Positions 42,241-63,540 of a DNA stretch of 64,000 bases are shown here, piece by piece. Under the pieces are notes generated by a model. That model made no database searches. It was not told where the DNA came from and saw only the letters and a list, made by a program, of their open reading frames with translations. A program made the translations under genes and the position numbers. The stretch's first letter is position 1. Each line of letters opens with the position of its first letter. The DNA is taken from contig OZ249441.1 of assembly GCA_965235115.1 (NCBI GenBank), positions 27,280,001 to 27,344,000 on the forward strand, read 5' to 3'. Source of the DNA: Laetmonice hystrix (lineage: Eukaryota).

Positions 42241-42763
42241 TTCTTTTCCCCTTGCTTTCGGATACCCTTTTGTGGACGCAGGCCAGATGACATCCCATTG
42301 CCCTTGGTGCCCCTCCTTGGTTGGAGAAGTAAATTTGGCGTGGTGCCCTTCCAAACTTGTTGAAAATGTGGTGCCCTCCTTTTAACAAGGTCCTCCCCGA
42401 GGACAATTTTTGCCCCCTTTAAGTTCTAATTCGAGGCCTGTGATATCAGTATAATTAAGTTAGGCCCTAGATCCTCAACCTATTGTCACTGTCAGTGTCA
42501 CAGTGTCAGTGCCAAGAACTTGAAGAAGGCAAGATCGAGAGCCAATGAGTAAAATCATAGACCTAGAATAAAAGCAAAGAGTAGTCAGTAGGCCTAAGAC
42601 AGTTGAACTTGAAGACTGAGCTAGAGTCTACTAAGTCTAAGAATCTATCTAGACTATACCTTTAGACGTGGGACCGAAAAATCTATCTACCGTCTACTAA
42701 CTCGTGAGACTCATCTCTCACACTCATAGGCTAGTCACTGTTCACACAGTCACCCATACTCAC

Positions 42764-43236
42764 ACTTCTAAGGAGGTCACCAGCCTGTGAAACACGTTTC
42801 AAAAGTGGCGGTCGTCTTTCTCTCGAGAGGGGGAGTGTTGCATATTATACCGGGTAGATTGATGTAAAGCTGTATCTAATATGGCGTTAACATACCCGTT
42901 ATATTGGGTCTTCTGTACGCTATTGTACATTATGCGTAGTATAATTGTATTCTGTAGTGAAAGTTTAAGTTTAATTCAATTATGAAATTACGCAACTAAG
43001 GCGTCATCATAAAACTCTGATAGCATCGATGTGTATACGATGTGTGGTAGAGTCTACAATTAATAATCCCTCCCCTACCGGAAGTTAAGGAGGCGGGGCG
43101 CGAGTTTGTTTTGGTGTGATGTCACACCGAGAAGGTGACTTGTAAACAGAGCCGGAGGATGGCATACCTCTTGAGTGTAGTCACTGATTCAAATATCTTT
43201 TTCACATGATAACTAGGTTGATTTGAACTCTCCATC
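42764..43236. promoter_or_regulatory. Putative bidirectional promoter of SKA3 (-) and the malic enzyme (+), with a CHR-like element
   Basis: Minus-strand donor AGT|gtgagt at 42763; TTTGAA (plus-strand ttcaaa 42798-42803) next to the inferred SKA3 start, matching the CHR element of G2/M genes; GC box ggcggggc near 43093. Confidence 0.5.
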
Positions 43237-50440
<7,204 letters not shown>

Positions 50441-53400
50441 TGAAGATCCCAGGAACTGGCATGGGGGCAATGCTGTGAAATTTGCTCTTTTAAAAAATCT
50501 TATAAAATTTTTAAATATAAAAGCTGAAGGCTGATTTGCCTCATCAGGTGGAGTTGTATATGATGCTGTGAAGACTAGATCTGCTGAATATAGCAAGAAC
50601 AAAAAGTTCTTAGAATTTGCATACTCAATTTATGTTTGGCTGCACTGACCAGAAATGGTGACTCTCAACGGGATATTTGCAATTTCTTTTAACCCATGAA
50701 AATACAAACGTATTGGATCTGGACATTTTGGCGAACTTCTCTGTATAGGTTAGCCAAACTCTGTAAGAAGAGTCAGAACAATACTTAACGAGGTAGAATC
50801 TGAGCCTGAGGTCTGAGCTTGTGTCTATACTATCAACAACAGAACTGAGTCTCACAATATTTAACACCTGCCAATCGCTCAGAAAATGATGTATACAAGT
50901 AAAAACGCAGAACATGAAAATTGATAACCGCCAACCTTGTCTTTTGACAGAGCCATCTGGTGTCAACGTTGAAAATCAGACCAAGCAAACGCCCTACATC
51001 ATAACATGTATGATGAAGTATGGCAAACATTGGGTTAGTCGGAGTCGGACTGGGCGATTAATTCAGCCAAGTACTGAACTGCCTTTTGTTAAATGACAGG
51101 GTTGAAATCGTAGACTTTCAGCAGAGATGTGACTAGATATTAAAAATTATCAAACGTAAACTGAAACTTTTAAATTTTATTGCAATTTGGAGGCGTTTTA
51201 TATAAAATTTATTGATTGCAGAAATGTCCAAATACGAATTTGTTTCAGGTTGCAGGTTTAAGTTACTATGGTGTTCATAAGCTGAATCTTATCGTATTGA
51301 GCTTTTCAGTTCTCAATTTCCTGTTTCAATGTTCAGAAGTAAGCCTAACTGACTGGAGTTGTTATCCAAGACTTTGTCACTCTGCGTTGCAGTGAATTAT
51401 CAGTGTGCGTCAGACCCATGTCGAAGTAAATGATTGTTGACTGTTGATACATGTACAAATCTGTATCGTAGAGCAATTACAATTAATAATATTTATTTAA
51501 GCAAAAGTTGATTTGTGATAGAAAAGGGTTTTCTTATACCAACTGAAACAGTGTGTAAATGTGATGTACCTTGTCTTTCAGACTGTATCATTCCAGTTCT
51601 GTCGATTTCTTTCAATCTGAAAACTATGTCTCTTATGGTATCTATGGATATGAATTGCTAGAGAAACGCTGGAAACCTAAAAAACTGGGTTTGCTTGTGT
51701 GTAACAGAGGCTGGTTGTAAGAAAAAGTTTTTATATTGTACCGATTACATAAATATCTCTCAGTATTGTACACGATTTAGTCTTTGAAACATTAAAGGTA
51801 CATTTAATCACCGCAAGTCTACCTGATACGGAGCTTTGAACTTTTTGAGTTAACTCAACAAAGGGTTCCAGCCAGTCTTTATATTTTACTGGTCAGCAAA
51901 AATGAATTGTAATGTTGCAGGACAACTGCAAAAAAAAAGAGGTTGGTAAAGTATGAGGAGCTGGACCTGATTATGCTTTGTAAGGCGGGCAGGGTAGATA
52001 AAGTGTACCGGCTCACCGAGTGTACAGTGTGAAAAAATGAATGAAGAAAAAGCAGGCAGTCTTTGAAATGTAGAATCTCGACTTCTTGTTAACATAGCCA
52101 TGAGCTCTAGAAAGCCAAATACTGACAGGGAGATTTAGCCATTGTCTTTTCAATGACGAAAGGTTAACGTTTTCTCTGTATTCGTCAGGTATGATGATCT
52201 AGTCTTACTTTTGGGTACAAAAATGGATTTATTTCTGTTACTGCAGTAATGCCGCTGATGCATAATAAAATAAAATCGAATCATATAGAAAGATATCCGT
52301 GCTCAATTTATTTTCTTTCCTTGGGGGCACGTGTCGGCTTTATCTTATAATGACGAAAAGGGATTTGAAATTATCGAGGTTATCACCCTCAAGGGTTTAG
52401 GCAAGGGTTACAGCGGTTCAGGCAAATGTATCTGCCATTCCTGAAGTTTAGAAACAAAGAAACAAAGAAATTTCTGTAGCTTATTTATTGCTAGTATGTT
52501 TACATTATCATATATTGACACGTGACATGATTTACAAGTGTATTCTTCAATTAGCACAGAGAAAAAAAATGGCGCTTTTTCGAAGAAAATAATGAGTCTT
52601 ATGCATGGGATCTTCACTGGTTACAATCTACATTGGAGGGTTCGAAGTACCACGTCACCTGTTTATATATAAGAACAACACGAGTCAAAGAAAACTTGAG
52701 CCGACACCATTGGATGAAAACAATGTAACCCTAGTACACAGTGTAAACTTTACATCAATACTGCGCCACTGACTCAGCATTGTACTTGTCAGATATACAT
52801 GTACACACATTCTAAAAATCTTTTTACACGAAATCGCATACCAGTATATTAATCTGCAAAAGACCATCTCATGCAAGGGGGAAGTCTATTTTTACTCACA
52901 GTGAGTCAGTTTCTATGTTAATACTTAACAGGCCGACGGGCTTCCGTTTTTTGGCAAACTTCATTTTACAAAAACAAAAGCAAATATCGACCACACCTTC
53001 AAAACAATAAAATATATTATTTTTGTGACAAAAAAAAAAAAAAAAAAAAAAAAATCAGGGACCGCATACTTCTCCATTTAGCTCGAAGGCAGGGATTTTT
53101 GGTTATCTACTCAGTACCGACTTTCCAACACGATATAAATGACATGATCTAATTAATACCCCTAGCAGCCACAGGAAACGTCTTTTTCCAGTTTAGGTAA
53201 CGTGGATGTAAGCGTTGGGTAGAAATGATAATGACAATAACGGTCAAGCAGAAAGGCCCGTTCAACTCTCCTGATTCTAACATGACGGGTCAAGTCATTC
53301 CAACGGTCCAAACAGTGCATGAATCCGCTTCCGAAAGTCACACGGACCATTTCACAGCCGCCTTCTTATGTATACATGTAGTATATTCTCGAATTCACAG

Positions 53401-56400
53401 CCGTGTCATGACTTGAGCCCTCAGGCCAATCTGCATACAGTTCTATTTATAACTCAGCATGGACCTAGACTTTCGAGAAATCCCTAAGAATTCCAAAGAC
53501 GCTCTGTACGGGAGACATTTTTCGAGGGACGTTTGCCTTTAGCTTATGGCGTCGATAAGTTCAGTGTTATCTAGAAAGGAAAGGCTCTCAAAATTTAATC
53601 CATGTGTGATTCCACAAATTATAGCCGATAACATTGCAACATCTTTCCCTGCTTATCCTTGTTGTCACTTCTTAACATTGCGTACAATAATGAGCCTAAA
53701 TAATAAATGCGTGGTCATGGGCACTACACATGCTATCATGTGTATAAAATGTTGAAACATACCTCTTTAACCAATCACAAACCCTCTTCTTCTCCACCCT
53801 TCCTAATCCCATTTGTGCACATCTGATTAAAATAACCCTTATGATTGATCTAAGTTTGATGTGGTTGGCTACTTTTACTATCTACACGTTATGGCGGCTA
53901 ATATACACGTTGTTTTTTTTACATGCTGGCAGCTTTGTAATGTTTGTACACTTACATCTGACTGTATAACGGTTGGCTTAATTCAGAAAGGTCCATTTCA
54001 GGGCCCGGTTTTCTTGCTAAAGCTTAACCCTTATGATTGGCTGGCCGCTTAGACAAGCCAATAAAAAGTGTTGGCCTAATGTTACGCAAGACCATGACCT
54101 TGGAACACTGGGCCTAAGATAGCGCTAGTTTTATCCCCTCCCCCCCCCCCCCAAAAAAAAACAGAACTGTTTAGATGACAATGGCCTTGTCCCTGTGATT
54201 CAGCTGTGTCCATAGGACACCCATTATTAAACTTAAATACTACACCACTAACATAATCTAGGCATGGCTCACAGAATCACACCGACAAATCAGATTAGCA
54301 GCATTTACTAATGTACATCCTGGTTTATTCCACAGATCTGACCGTGCATTCCCTCAAACTATCCCGCATCCCTTCCTCTGCTGTGGGTGTTCTCATACGA
54401 CTTCCAATGTTCATGCCAAAATACACGTCTCTTTACACCCGATATCCCGTTGTGCACTTCTGTTCTTATTTAAATAATCGATTGTCCTTTCTTTTCAACC
54501 ACCGACTTTATCCCTCAAACTGGGCAAACTGCTGATGGTAAATTTCTGTTCATTATTTTATTTGCTGGATAATTCTAAGTTTTCATCCAATCAATGCGCC
54601 CTACTTTCACAATCAGATGACGTTATTTCTATTTGAAATGAACATTACGGTGAAGTTCATTTGAGTACTGCAAGCCATTGATAGAAGTAATACAAGACTG
54701 CAAGAAAACGGCTTGCAAAATGTAGGGCAGGTCAACTAAGATCTGGGAAATCTGGGACTGTGATCATAACATACAATAAGTTAGAAACTGCACATGCAGT
54801 AAGTGGTAGGAAAGTGATTAAGTAAGCATACATTAAGAGAAAGATATTAAAAAATAAAATGCTGCAGAAGGCGCCTCACCAGGAGGTTTGCCCAGACACA
54901 TGGCCCTTAGTTTCGCATGGCCCTTACTTTCACATGGCCACATCTGTACTTGGCTGACCTTCCCTTTTGGAAAGTAACTACAAATTTTGGACAGTCCAGG
55001 TGGAACCTCTATTTGGCTCTGATTCTATATAATAAGCTCTGACCAACAGATTATAATGCAAGAAGCTTGCGAGGAAAAAAAAGGAAAATAAGGAAGCTCT
55101 CATACATCCCTACTTCAATGTCACGTGATTGTTTAACCTAAGCTCTGCTGAAATTTTATGATACTCGAAACATTACTATTTACACAAAGGCATTAAGAAA
55201 ACCCACCCTCCCTATTCTTTCAGTTAATAACAAACGACACTTTCGTCCATTTCAATTACTAATTATTGGAACTTTAGGCAATTGCGACGGTAATAAAGAA
55301 ATCTGTACAAAACACCATAAATATCGTCCATTAGCCAAATCCCCACTACCTCATACAATAATACAAAATTTGGTTTAAAAACATTGAAAGAGGGATGGGA
55401 AAAAAGAAAGGAAGGACAGGACTGAAAAATGTTTCAGTCACACAGCGGCTGATATGCGTGTAAGCCGAGCTGCCCACATTTACCTGTGAACTGGCTCACT
55501 GTACAAACGTAATTTACTGCTAACCATACCTGCTCCCTGTACACGACAGTCCATGGAAAATCTACAGGACTAAAAACATAGGGAAGAAAAGCACCATGAT
55601 GAAAATCAAACAGAGCCGACGTGGTTCACTATCTCTGTCGCGTTTGTGCAACACCTTACACTGTCAACACAGGCCCCATGACGAAAACCGAGGACTGACC
55701 TACTCGAATGGAAGTTAGATGATTTCAGAGAAAAAAAGGAAATCTTCCTCTCTTTCGGCTCGTGGCACCCCGTCCCCGCCCCTAGTCTTCTACTGTGTTA
55801 CAAATACTACAACTGCCGACAAAAACACAAACCATCGTGACGTACAACACATGGCAACAAGGCAAATGGCGCACACGGGAGTTTTACTACAGAGACGGGC
55901 CACTCCTCTACTTACATACATACAGACACACACACACGGCGTGTAGGAAAAACATCCCTTTGTTTGTGTCCAAGTTCTACAACACATCCTGCATTTCTCT
56001 ACACCAGAGAAAATGCCCCTTCCCCCACTTTTAACTGTCACTTAAGGCATGCAGGTTCGGGTGTCCTCAATATTGTATGACTGTGAAGTACAACTTTTCC
56101 CGGGCATGTTACAAACACATACCGGCCACACCATTGCACTCCTATATATGCTTTACCAACATCACTAACAAAACGGCACAGGTGTTACAGCATTATATTT
56201 ATACATATATAGCTTTCATATATTTCTCTATTATCACTTTTGAATGGGGCTATAAATGCATAAACCATTTCTTTCTGTAAAGACAGATAGATCCATGCAT
56301 ACATGCTGATAATATACTAAACTGGGCGCTCCTTTTCTGGGCATCGGTACATGCCTGCAAGTAATACATACACAATAGAAAAAAAAATGGGCATAAATTG

Positions 56401-58574
56401 ACCCAATTGTTGGAGGGGTGGGAGGGGTTGGAATAGTTTGGGATTTAGACTAATACATGAACAGGAACGTTATGTTTGTTGCCACATTGAGAATGGAGAG
56501 AATGCTGCGGCATGGCTCACAAGCTCAGGTATTTCGATAACACTTGAACTCAACACGACGGGTTTGTGTATGACCGCGGTCCCTTAGTCCATGCAATGTC
56601 GTCTGCCACCGCCGTCTCTTTAACATCAAGTGAAACTGGTAACATGCTAATCCGGAGGCAGACCTTGCTCAAGCTACTTGTCAATGGCTCCGACTAGTCG
56701 AGCCATGATGAATCAACTCATCGTTCATCACTTCAAGATGACTTCACTTACGCCATTCAAGTTTCACGTAGAATGTCCACAATGTAAGCGGGGTCTACGA
56801 TCTTGACCGCCAAGCCAAAATAAACTATTTCAGTTCTACATGACTAGATGAGTGCGGCAACTCTTGCCATCACCAAAACATTATTGAGTTTTCATATGTA
56901 CTGGCAAGCTCCTTTCTGGAAGAAAGTTGTGCAACTAATTGAAATGTAGAACTTTTGAAGTCACACTATATCATAAGAAATATTCACTAAAAATTGATCT
57001 AATACCTAAGTTGAGGCAGACCGCAGATTCTACTCGTAATTTACACCTGGACAGTTTATACTTCAGTTGTTTTCAGTGGTCCAACTACACCACTGCAACT
57101 CAACACAATGATTTTGTATTTACACGACACCTGTCCCCACCTACTGCCACGTACATCGAGAATTCAATGTGGAAGAATTCACTCTTCCCAGTCTTGTATT
57201 ACATAACATCCTTTACAAAAATGCACATCTGCTATGTGGCCAGCCCTCAAATCACTCAGCCTGTTGACTTACTGGTAAATACCGGTATGTAACATTGGCA
57301 TTGAACCTGTCCGCCATCATCCATACCTTCAACTGTCCTAAAAAAACAAACTATGGAAACCTTTTTCTACCTGAAATTTAGTTGATTTAGTACCGTGAAT
57401 CATTATCTCACATCTTATTGAAATCTATGCTGCGATTTGATTGGACTCATCAATTGTCAGACATTTGTCCTAATTTTTCTTCATATTCATATGAACGCCT
57501 AATACTAATACCAGTATTATATGTATACATTACATGTAAACATCCAGTTTCAGACAGAGAAGGGTTTCCTCGTTGTTCAGGCAGCAGTCTTGCACACACC
57601 ACACCTGACTCTAATTTCATGCAATCAATTGATCATTCAATCAATCACTGGTTCTGGTGATCATCTGATAAATTCATTGTTATTTGGTTGATCCCTGCAT
57701 ACTGAAGCGACCACACCTTACAGTTGGTGTACTCCAGAACCGATTACACTCGAGTCTCCGCTTTCAGTTCCTTTCTATCAATAGCTGCGATGAAAAGACT
57801 GACTCCGTGATTTGCATCCAGTTTTTGTATGAAGAATCTTTTCCTGATGTCATAAGACAATGATGCCCTTATCACTGGCAGCACCATGTCGCCATAGCAT
57901 CCTCTCTCCTCCGTCCCGCGGCCCTGCTCCTTGGTTTGGCTTTGTACAGAAACAGGCTGCTGGATACAACAATTTGTTTGAAAATTTAGTTCCTGTATGT
58001 CTGAACAGCGGGAAGATGGGGCAAGTTTTTCCCATGTCCTTTGCGAGACCTGCAATGGTCTGGGTCGTTTGAAGGTCACAACGTGACCAACAACACCCAA
58101 GTTTTTGCAGGTTCACCAAGATGGACCACTTGTTTCAGGCACTGTCCTCTGGAATAATATTGATTAAACCAATAGTGGCCTTGTCCCCCACCCAACCTGC
58201 AGTGACTTTGGCCCTGGTTCCCGCAGCCAGCAGTAACTCTGGCCTAACCAGCAGGATTCTAGCCACGACGTTTCCAACATAGAAAATGATACTGAAGTCA
58301 GTGATAAAACTGAAGTCTTCTCAATGCTGGTGAGGTGGTTGGTGGCAAACAACTTGTGTCAGAATGAGACCGTCAGAAACTGGTTCTCACCACCCTCTAA
58401 TTTTGCTCTGACCAAACCGACCCCACCCAGTCTTTTTGTATACCCACAAAAAAAGCACCTTAATGTATGATGATCAAAATGGGTTTCTTGTATTTGTTTG
58501 CATCGGACAGTCCTGAAACTGTGGTGTTTGATTCAATATCGTCTTGGTTTCCACGACGTCATGGCAAAAACTCA

Positions 58575-61500
58575 TCAATCCTCCTCACTGTCCCAGACAA
58601 CGTCCGAGTCGGCATCTCCCTCTTCTTCATCCGAGTCGTTCGCTTCTAGAGCTTTCCGTCGCATCTCAAAGGCTGCCTCCATAATAGATTGCACATCCAG
58701 TCCGCTGGGTGGATGCTTGCGTTGTTCCTCTTTGACTCGTCTTTCTTCTACCTTTCGGAGTTGGATGCCTGCAATGTGACAAATTAAAATCACCTTCAAG
58801 AAAAAATATCTAGGTCAAGAGCTAGTGTCAAGTGGATAACATCATACTGCTTGTAAATTTTCTTTGATTTTGGATTTGTATAATAATAAAATAATTACCT
58901 GTCCGAATGGCAGCCAAGAGGTCACTTCTCTCATCGTTTTCCTCCTTTGGTTTCTCGTCCGACTTAATGGTGCCGCCTGACGAAACGGTAGCAGAGGATG
59001 CATTAGAAGTGATAGAGATGGTATCTGTGGGGGCCAGACCTGCTGCAGCCAGGGCCATGACATTTGCCAGTCCGCCGTTCATCATGGGTCCGTTGGATTT
59101 GTTCATGACCGTTGGAGGTGGGGGTGGAGGGGGCGGAGGGGGTGGTGGTGGCGCCCCGTGATGGGGATCATGGTGCATGTCGTGGAGCTCCGGAGGCGGG
59201 GGGGTTGGCGGGGGCGGGGGCATGGACGTCATGGAACCTGGCGTGTCAGGGGTCTGTGACAGGGGTGGTGGCGGCGGGGGAGGTGGCAGGTCTATACTGT
59301 CTGGGGTGCTACTTTTGGTGTGGCTGCTATGTGTACTGTGTTGTGGACTTGGGGAGTGGATGTCGCGTTGCCGGATTGGCGATTCTCGCTGTGCCATGTG
59401 GTTTATTTGAATGCCGCGGCCAGGGCCGTGACTTGGTGTGCCAATCGGGGACGAAAAAGGCGGTGTGTTTCGCTGCATCTGGTTCACATGGGGGCCACCC
59501 TCTGAAGGTGGCGGAGGAGGAGGCGGGGGGAGGCTCTCTCGACTTGCACTCCCCGACCTACTTCCCATTGGGGATCCATCCTTGCTCGGCACGCCACCAG
59601 GTGGCGGTGGTGGAGCGGCAGTGGGGCGTGGACTGCTCACGTTCGAGGACGCACGTGACCCTGGGGTTCGTTTTGTTGGGGTTTGCTGGGGCGACCCAAT
59701 CACCTCCCCCTGTGGTGTGCGGCCATCGTAAGCATTGCGGCCATATTCTATATTGTGGTTGTGATTGTACTGATCCTGCTGGTTCTGCTCATACTGCTGC
59801 TGTCCGGCACCCTGCCGGCCGTCGCCCTCATCCGTGTACCCCGATGACTGTATGGGACCGTTAGCGTAAGGGTAGTTCTGCTGGCCATAGCCTTGCTGGT
59901 ACTGGCCTGGCTGGCCTTGCTGGCCCTGCCCATATCCTTGCTGGGCCAGGAAGTTAGCGTTTTGTAGTTCCAAGCTGTTTGGCCGAGACGGAGATTTACT
60001 TTCGTCTTCACTCCCTCGTTGACCTTCCGGGACAAACTCCTTGCCCATGGCCATCTTCTGGTACTCATCCTTGCGAGACTTTATCTCACGCACTTTCTGG
60101 GGCTGCCGTTGGTCACGCTGTCCTTTTGGGCGCTACAAGACAAGAGAAAATAAAACGCATTGTTTAAACAGACAAGATGAGACCGCTCTCGTCACTGGGC
60201 TGAAAAAGTTATGGATTACTTCATGAGTATGAATGCCATACATCTGTCTTATTGTCCACAACTTCCTCCTGCCTTATCACCTGTCACCATAGACTGGTTC
60301 CAAAGTTACCATATCAATAACTGCTGACATTCCACATTAAAAGTAGCAAATTATATTAATAAACTCAATGAACAAAGACCTCATGCCTTTTATAACGTAG
60401 TTAAAAACGTGTTTAAAACGAGTACCATATTAACCCAGGTGCATTACACTTCTGATTAGTTCTACACTGGATAACTATCAGTCATCTCTACATATCAAAG
60501 ATGTTTACACCTTTAAAGTGCACAGAATCTCTAGGTGATACAAAACGTTTTCGCTTTTCATCAATAAAATACAATAAAAATATACAAAACTTCCTTAACT
60601 TAATCTAGTTTTGTAAATCTAGGATACATTTATACTCCTATGAGGCTTATTGCTATTTCCATGCACATTCTTCAAAATTTACAGGCCACTTTACCACCCA
60701 AAATAGGTGGACATACAGAATTTCTTTATCTAAAACAAGAAGTCAGGCAGAACGCTTTCAGCTGCTTCATGTCATCCCACGGCACTGACAAAATGTGTAG
60801 TTTGGGCTGTTATTATGATACTACATATCCTAATATTAAATACCGTAATTCCCGGTGTAAAAGGTAATAATTTGTGTTCCATTTGGACAGCGTTTTTAAA
60901 CAAATATCCAGTGTGGTACAGACAGGACATGGGCAATATCTGGTGGCTTTTATGGTGGACCTCATGGGCATTTTTTCACCCCATGACCCATGAAGCATTA
61001 GTTTCTAGGTGGCATTAGTGGCACGGTGCAGCGTTTGTGGTTTAGAGCTTACTGTATACATGTATAGGCTTATTATAAGTCAAACTTAACCAATTGTTTT
61101 ATCCAAATAATATGGCCTAAAAACTGACCCTGCCTTTTAGCTTTTAATAATCTCCCAATATTCTGGTGTAAATACTGGAAGGCATAAGTATCACCTTAAT
61201 GGTATCAACGGAATCAAACCGTGATATCAAACCTACTGAGCATAGACTGTTATTTAACAACGAAGATAATAATACTATCATAGATGACTTACTTAAAACT
61301 TAGAACTTAAAAAAGCGAGGTTCTTAAAGCAAGACGAGGTTCCTAAAGCAAGACATAACTATTTCCGGTGAGTGAACAGCAAGCGTTGACATACTGGCTA
61401 TGGCAGTCGGACTTCCAGGTCCCAATCCACGCCTGCTGAGCAACTAAGCCTATCACCTTAACCAAGGTTTGACATCCATAATCTTTGACACATTATTTTT

Positions 61501-63061
61501 CAGTGCAATAATACCGTATTCAGAAAATTATCACCATACAAAATCAAAATGTCTGGGTCCTTTTTAGTTTATTTAGTTTTCTAAAAAGTGTTTTTCCAGA
61601 ACGATTTGTGTACTTTTACTGATAAAAGCAGAACTGTGTAGTTCAGATTTATATGTCAAACCTGGTGGGAAAAACAAACCGATTTGACAATGAAGGTCTG
61701 CACAAGATCTCAGCATTTCAGGTCGTCTTTTTGACCTTCACTGTCAAATACAGTTCTAGGCGTCCCCCTCAGTCTCCCAGCATGTAAATGATATTTTACC
61801 AGCCTGTAATCTTCAGCTTCTGTCAAAACCTACACTAGTTGTACAGCCGTACACCAATTAGTCATAGATATTGAGCGACGTTAGCAGAAAACTGTTTTCA
61901 TCTATTTGGAATTGTGCAAAGACTGGAACAATGGCAGTGCAAGTTTGGAAAAAATAACACAAAGACAACAGCAATAGCAAACCAATGTTTAGGTACTGCA
62001 CAAGGAAAAACTACTCATGTTAAAAGATTCCACTGCATATTTCTTTTAGCAAAGAAAACGATGTGCAATTCATATAACTTAACAGGTTTTGGTAGACTTT
62101 ACCATGATTTTTTTATTTTTTACAACCTACAGTAATACATTTACATTTGAAACGCTTCAATTCTACTGGTTCTCACAGACATACACCTGCTGCCACCTAG
62201 TGGCTATCTGATAAAGGACCACCTGGCGGTAGACAACTATATTAATGTAACAGACTGAGGTAGACCCCTTTGCAGACGTAATACAACAGTGTACGTACGT
62301 TTGACTGATTTTTTCCCCTTATTATTAAGTAAGTAAAGCGGGTTACCAGGTTGACGGCACTATCAGCGTTGGTAGTAGTAGTAGTAGTAGTGGTACTGAG
62401 GTGAGAAGGGACAGAGGAATTGCAGTGCCTGCTGACCTTGTTTCTCCTCCTCTGTTTTAGTTCCTTTTTCTGCATCTCCGTGTCCTTCTGCATCTCATGG
62501 CACCACAGTTCAAAGAAGTATGTCGGGTCTGTGTAGAATTTCATACTGTCCTTGCCATCCTCCCTACATGACAACAAGAGCACATGGTGTGTGATTGTAA
62601 ATCAAAGTTATTGCTTCAATAAATACAAATTACAACCTGAAATCTGACTTTAAAGAGCTAAAGTTTCAAACAAATCCGGAAAGCTGCTACTAAAATGATA
62701 CTGTTTTTAAGACAACCCCTCTATCTACTCCAATTTACGCTGAAATGCAATATACATGTAATCTGATAACACCTGATTACTTGAGTTGGATTGGGGGTTT
62801 ACACCTCCATATCACTATCAGCCATATATATCGGGGGGGGGGGGGGGGGAAACCACTGACCTTATCGGAACCTTAGACCACTGAACGACTGGGATGAGTC
62901 AACCTACCTGTAAGGATTCAGTTTGTCTAGCGGTGGAGGTGCGTCACACTTCAGGTAGGTCTGCGTGATGGAGAACGGCCGCGACGCTTTGTTTACCACC
63001 TGGGCGTCTTTGATCACCGAACTCTTGAACGGTTTGCGCATGTTGATGTCTTGGAGAGACA
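58575..63061 (-). CDS. WASF: WAVE/SCAR family actin nucleation-promoting factor, 5'-partial
   Basis: Exons 63061-62908 (VSLQDINMRKPFKSS..PPPLDKLNPYR), 62563-62437 (EDGKDSMKFYTDPTYFFELW), 60132-58899 (basic and polyproline regions, RSDLLAAIRT), 58768-58575 (GIQLRKVEE..acidic tail with W). WHD and VCA motifs are clear; the N-terminal exons lie beyond 64000. Confidence 0.95.
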
Positions 63062-63082
63062 CTACAAAAATAAACGTACGTT

Positions 63083-63145
63083 GAGATCAATAGGGGACCA
63101 AATGTGATCAATAGGGGACCAAATGAGATCAATAGGGGACCAAAT
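63083..63145. repeat. 21-bp minisatellite x3 in a WAVE intron, next to the acceptor
   Basis: g(a/t)gatcaataggggaccaaat three times in tandem. Confidence 0.9.
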
Positions 63146-63254
63146 AGGCCAATATGCTTCTGATACAGCCTACCCTCTGACCTTTGACAGATACGTCATC
63201 AGATTTGATGAAATGAAAAAAAAAAGGGGGGGGATCGCTTACAAAAATGCACAA

Positions 63255-63540
63255 AGTCCATTTAGGTGTAAAGCCTGAGGGACCAAGTTCAGATTCCCTC
63301 TTTGGGACCAGCCACTGACGGCAGCCTCAGTGGCTGGCCTGTAGCTGGTATTGTTGTTTACTGACCTAGGCCAGGGCCCGGCCTGGGAGTTGGGCCAGAC
63401 AATACAGCCCTAGGCGGCATGGTCTCTGTCGGCATGGCTCCCTCTGGCCACGCCTACCCCCCGGCCAGACTCTTTCTAGTCTTTTATCAAGGCCGCCGAC
63501 TATGATATCATTAGGACGAGGAGGACATGTTATATCAGCT
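63255..63540 (+). mobile_element. Possible SINE-like fragment
   Basis: B-box-like ccaagttcagattccc followed by a GC-rich body; weak evidence. Confidence 0.3.

Larger units (their letters stand above)
41117..42440. mobile_element. hAT-like non-autonomous element in SKA3 intron 1, hosting nested insertions
   Basis: TIR CAGGCCTCGAATTA / TAATTCGAGGCCTG; flanks tgatca and tgatatca (imperfect TSD); subterminal gtggtgccc repeats. Confidence 0.75.

Noticed and set aside
41655-42293. 212-aa ORF as a host gene
   Set aside because: It is the 3' end of an L2 LINE ORF2; its first residues come from flanking MITE sequence.
59112-59864. 250-aa plus-strand ORF and neighbours
   Set aside because: Antisense shadows of the proline-rich WAVE exon.
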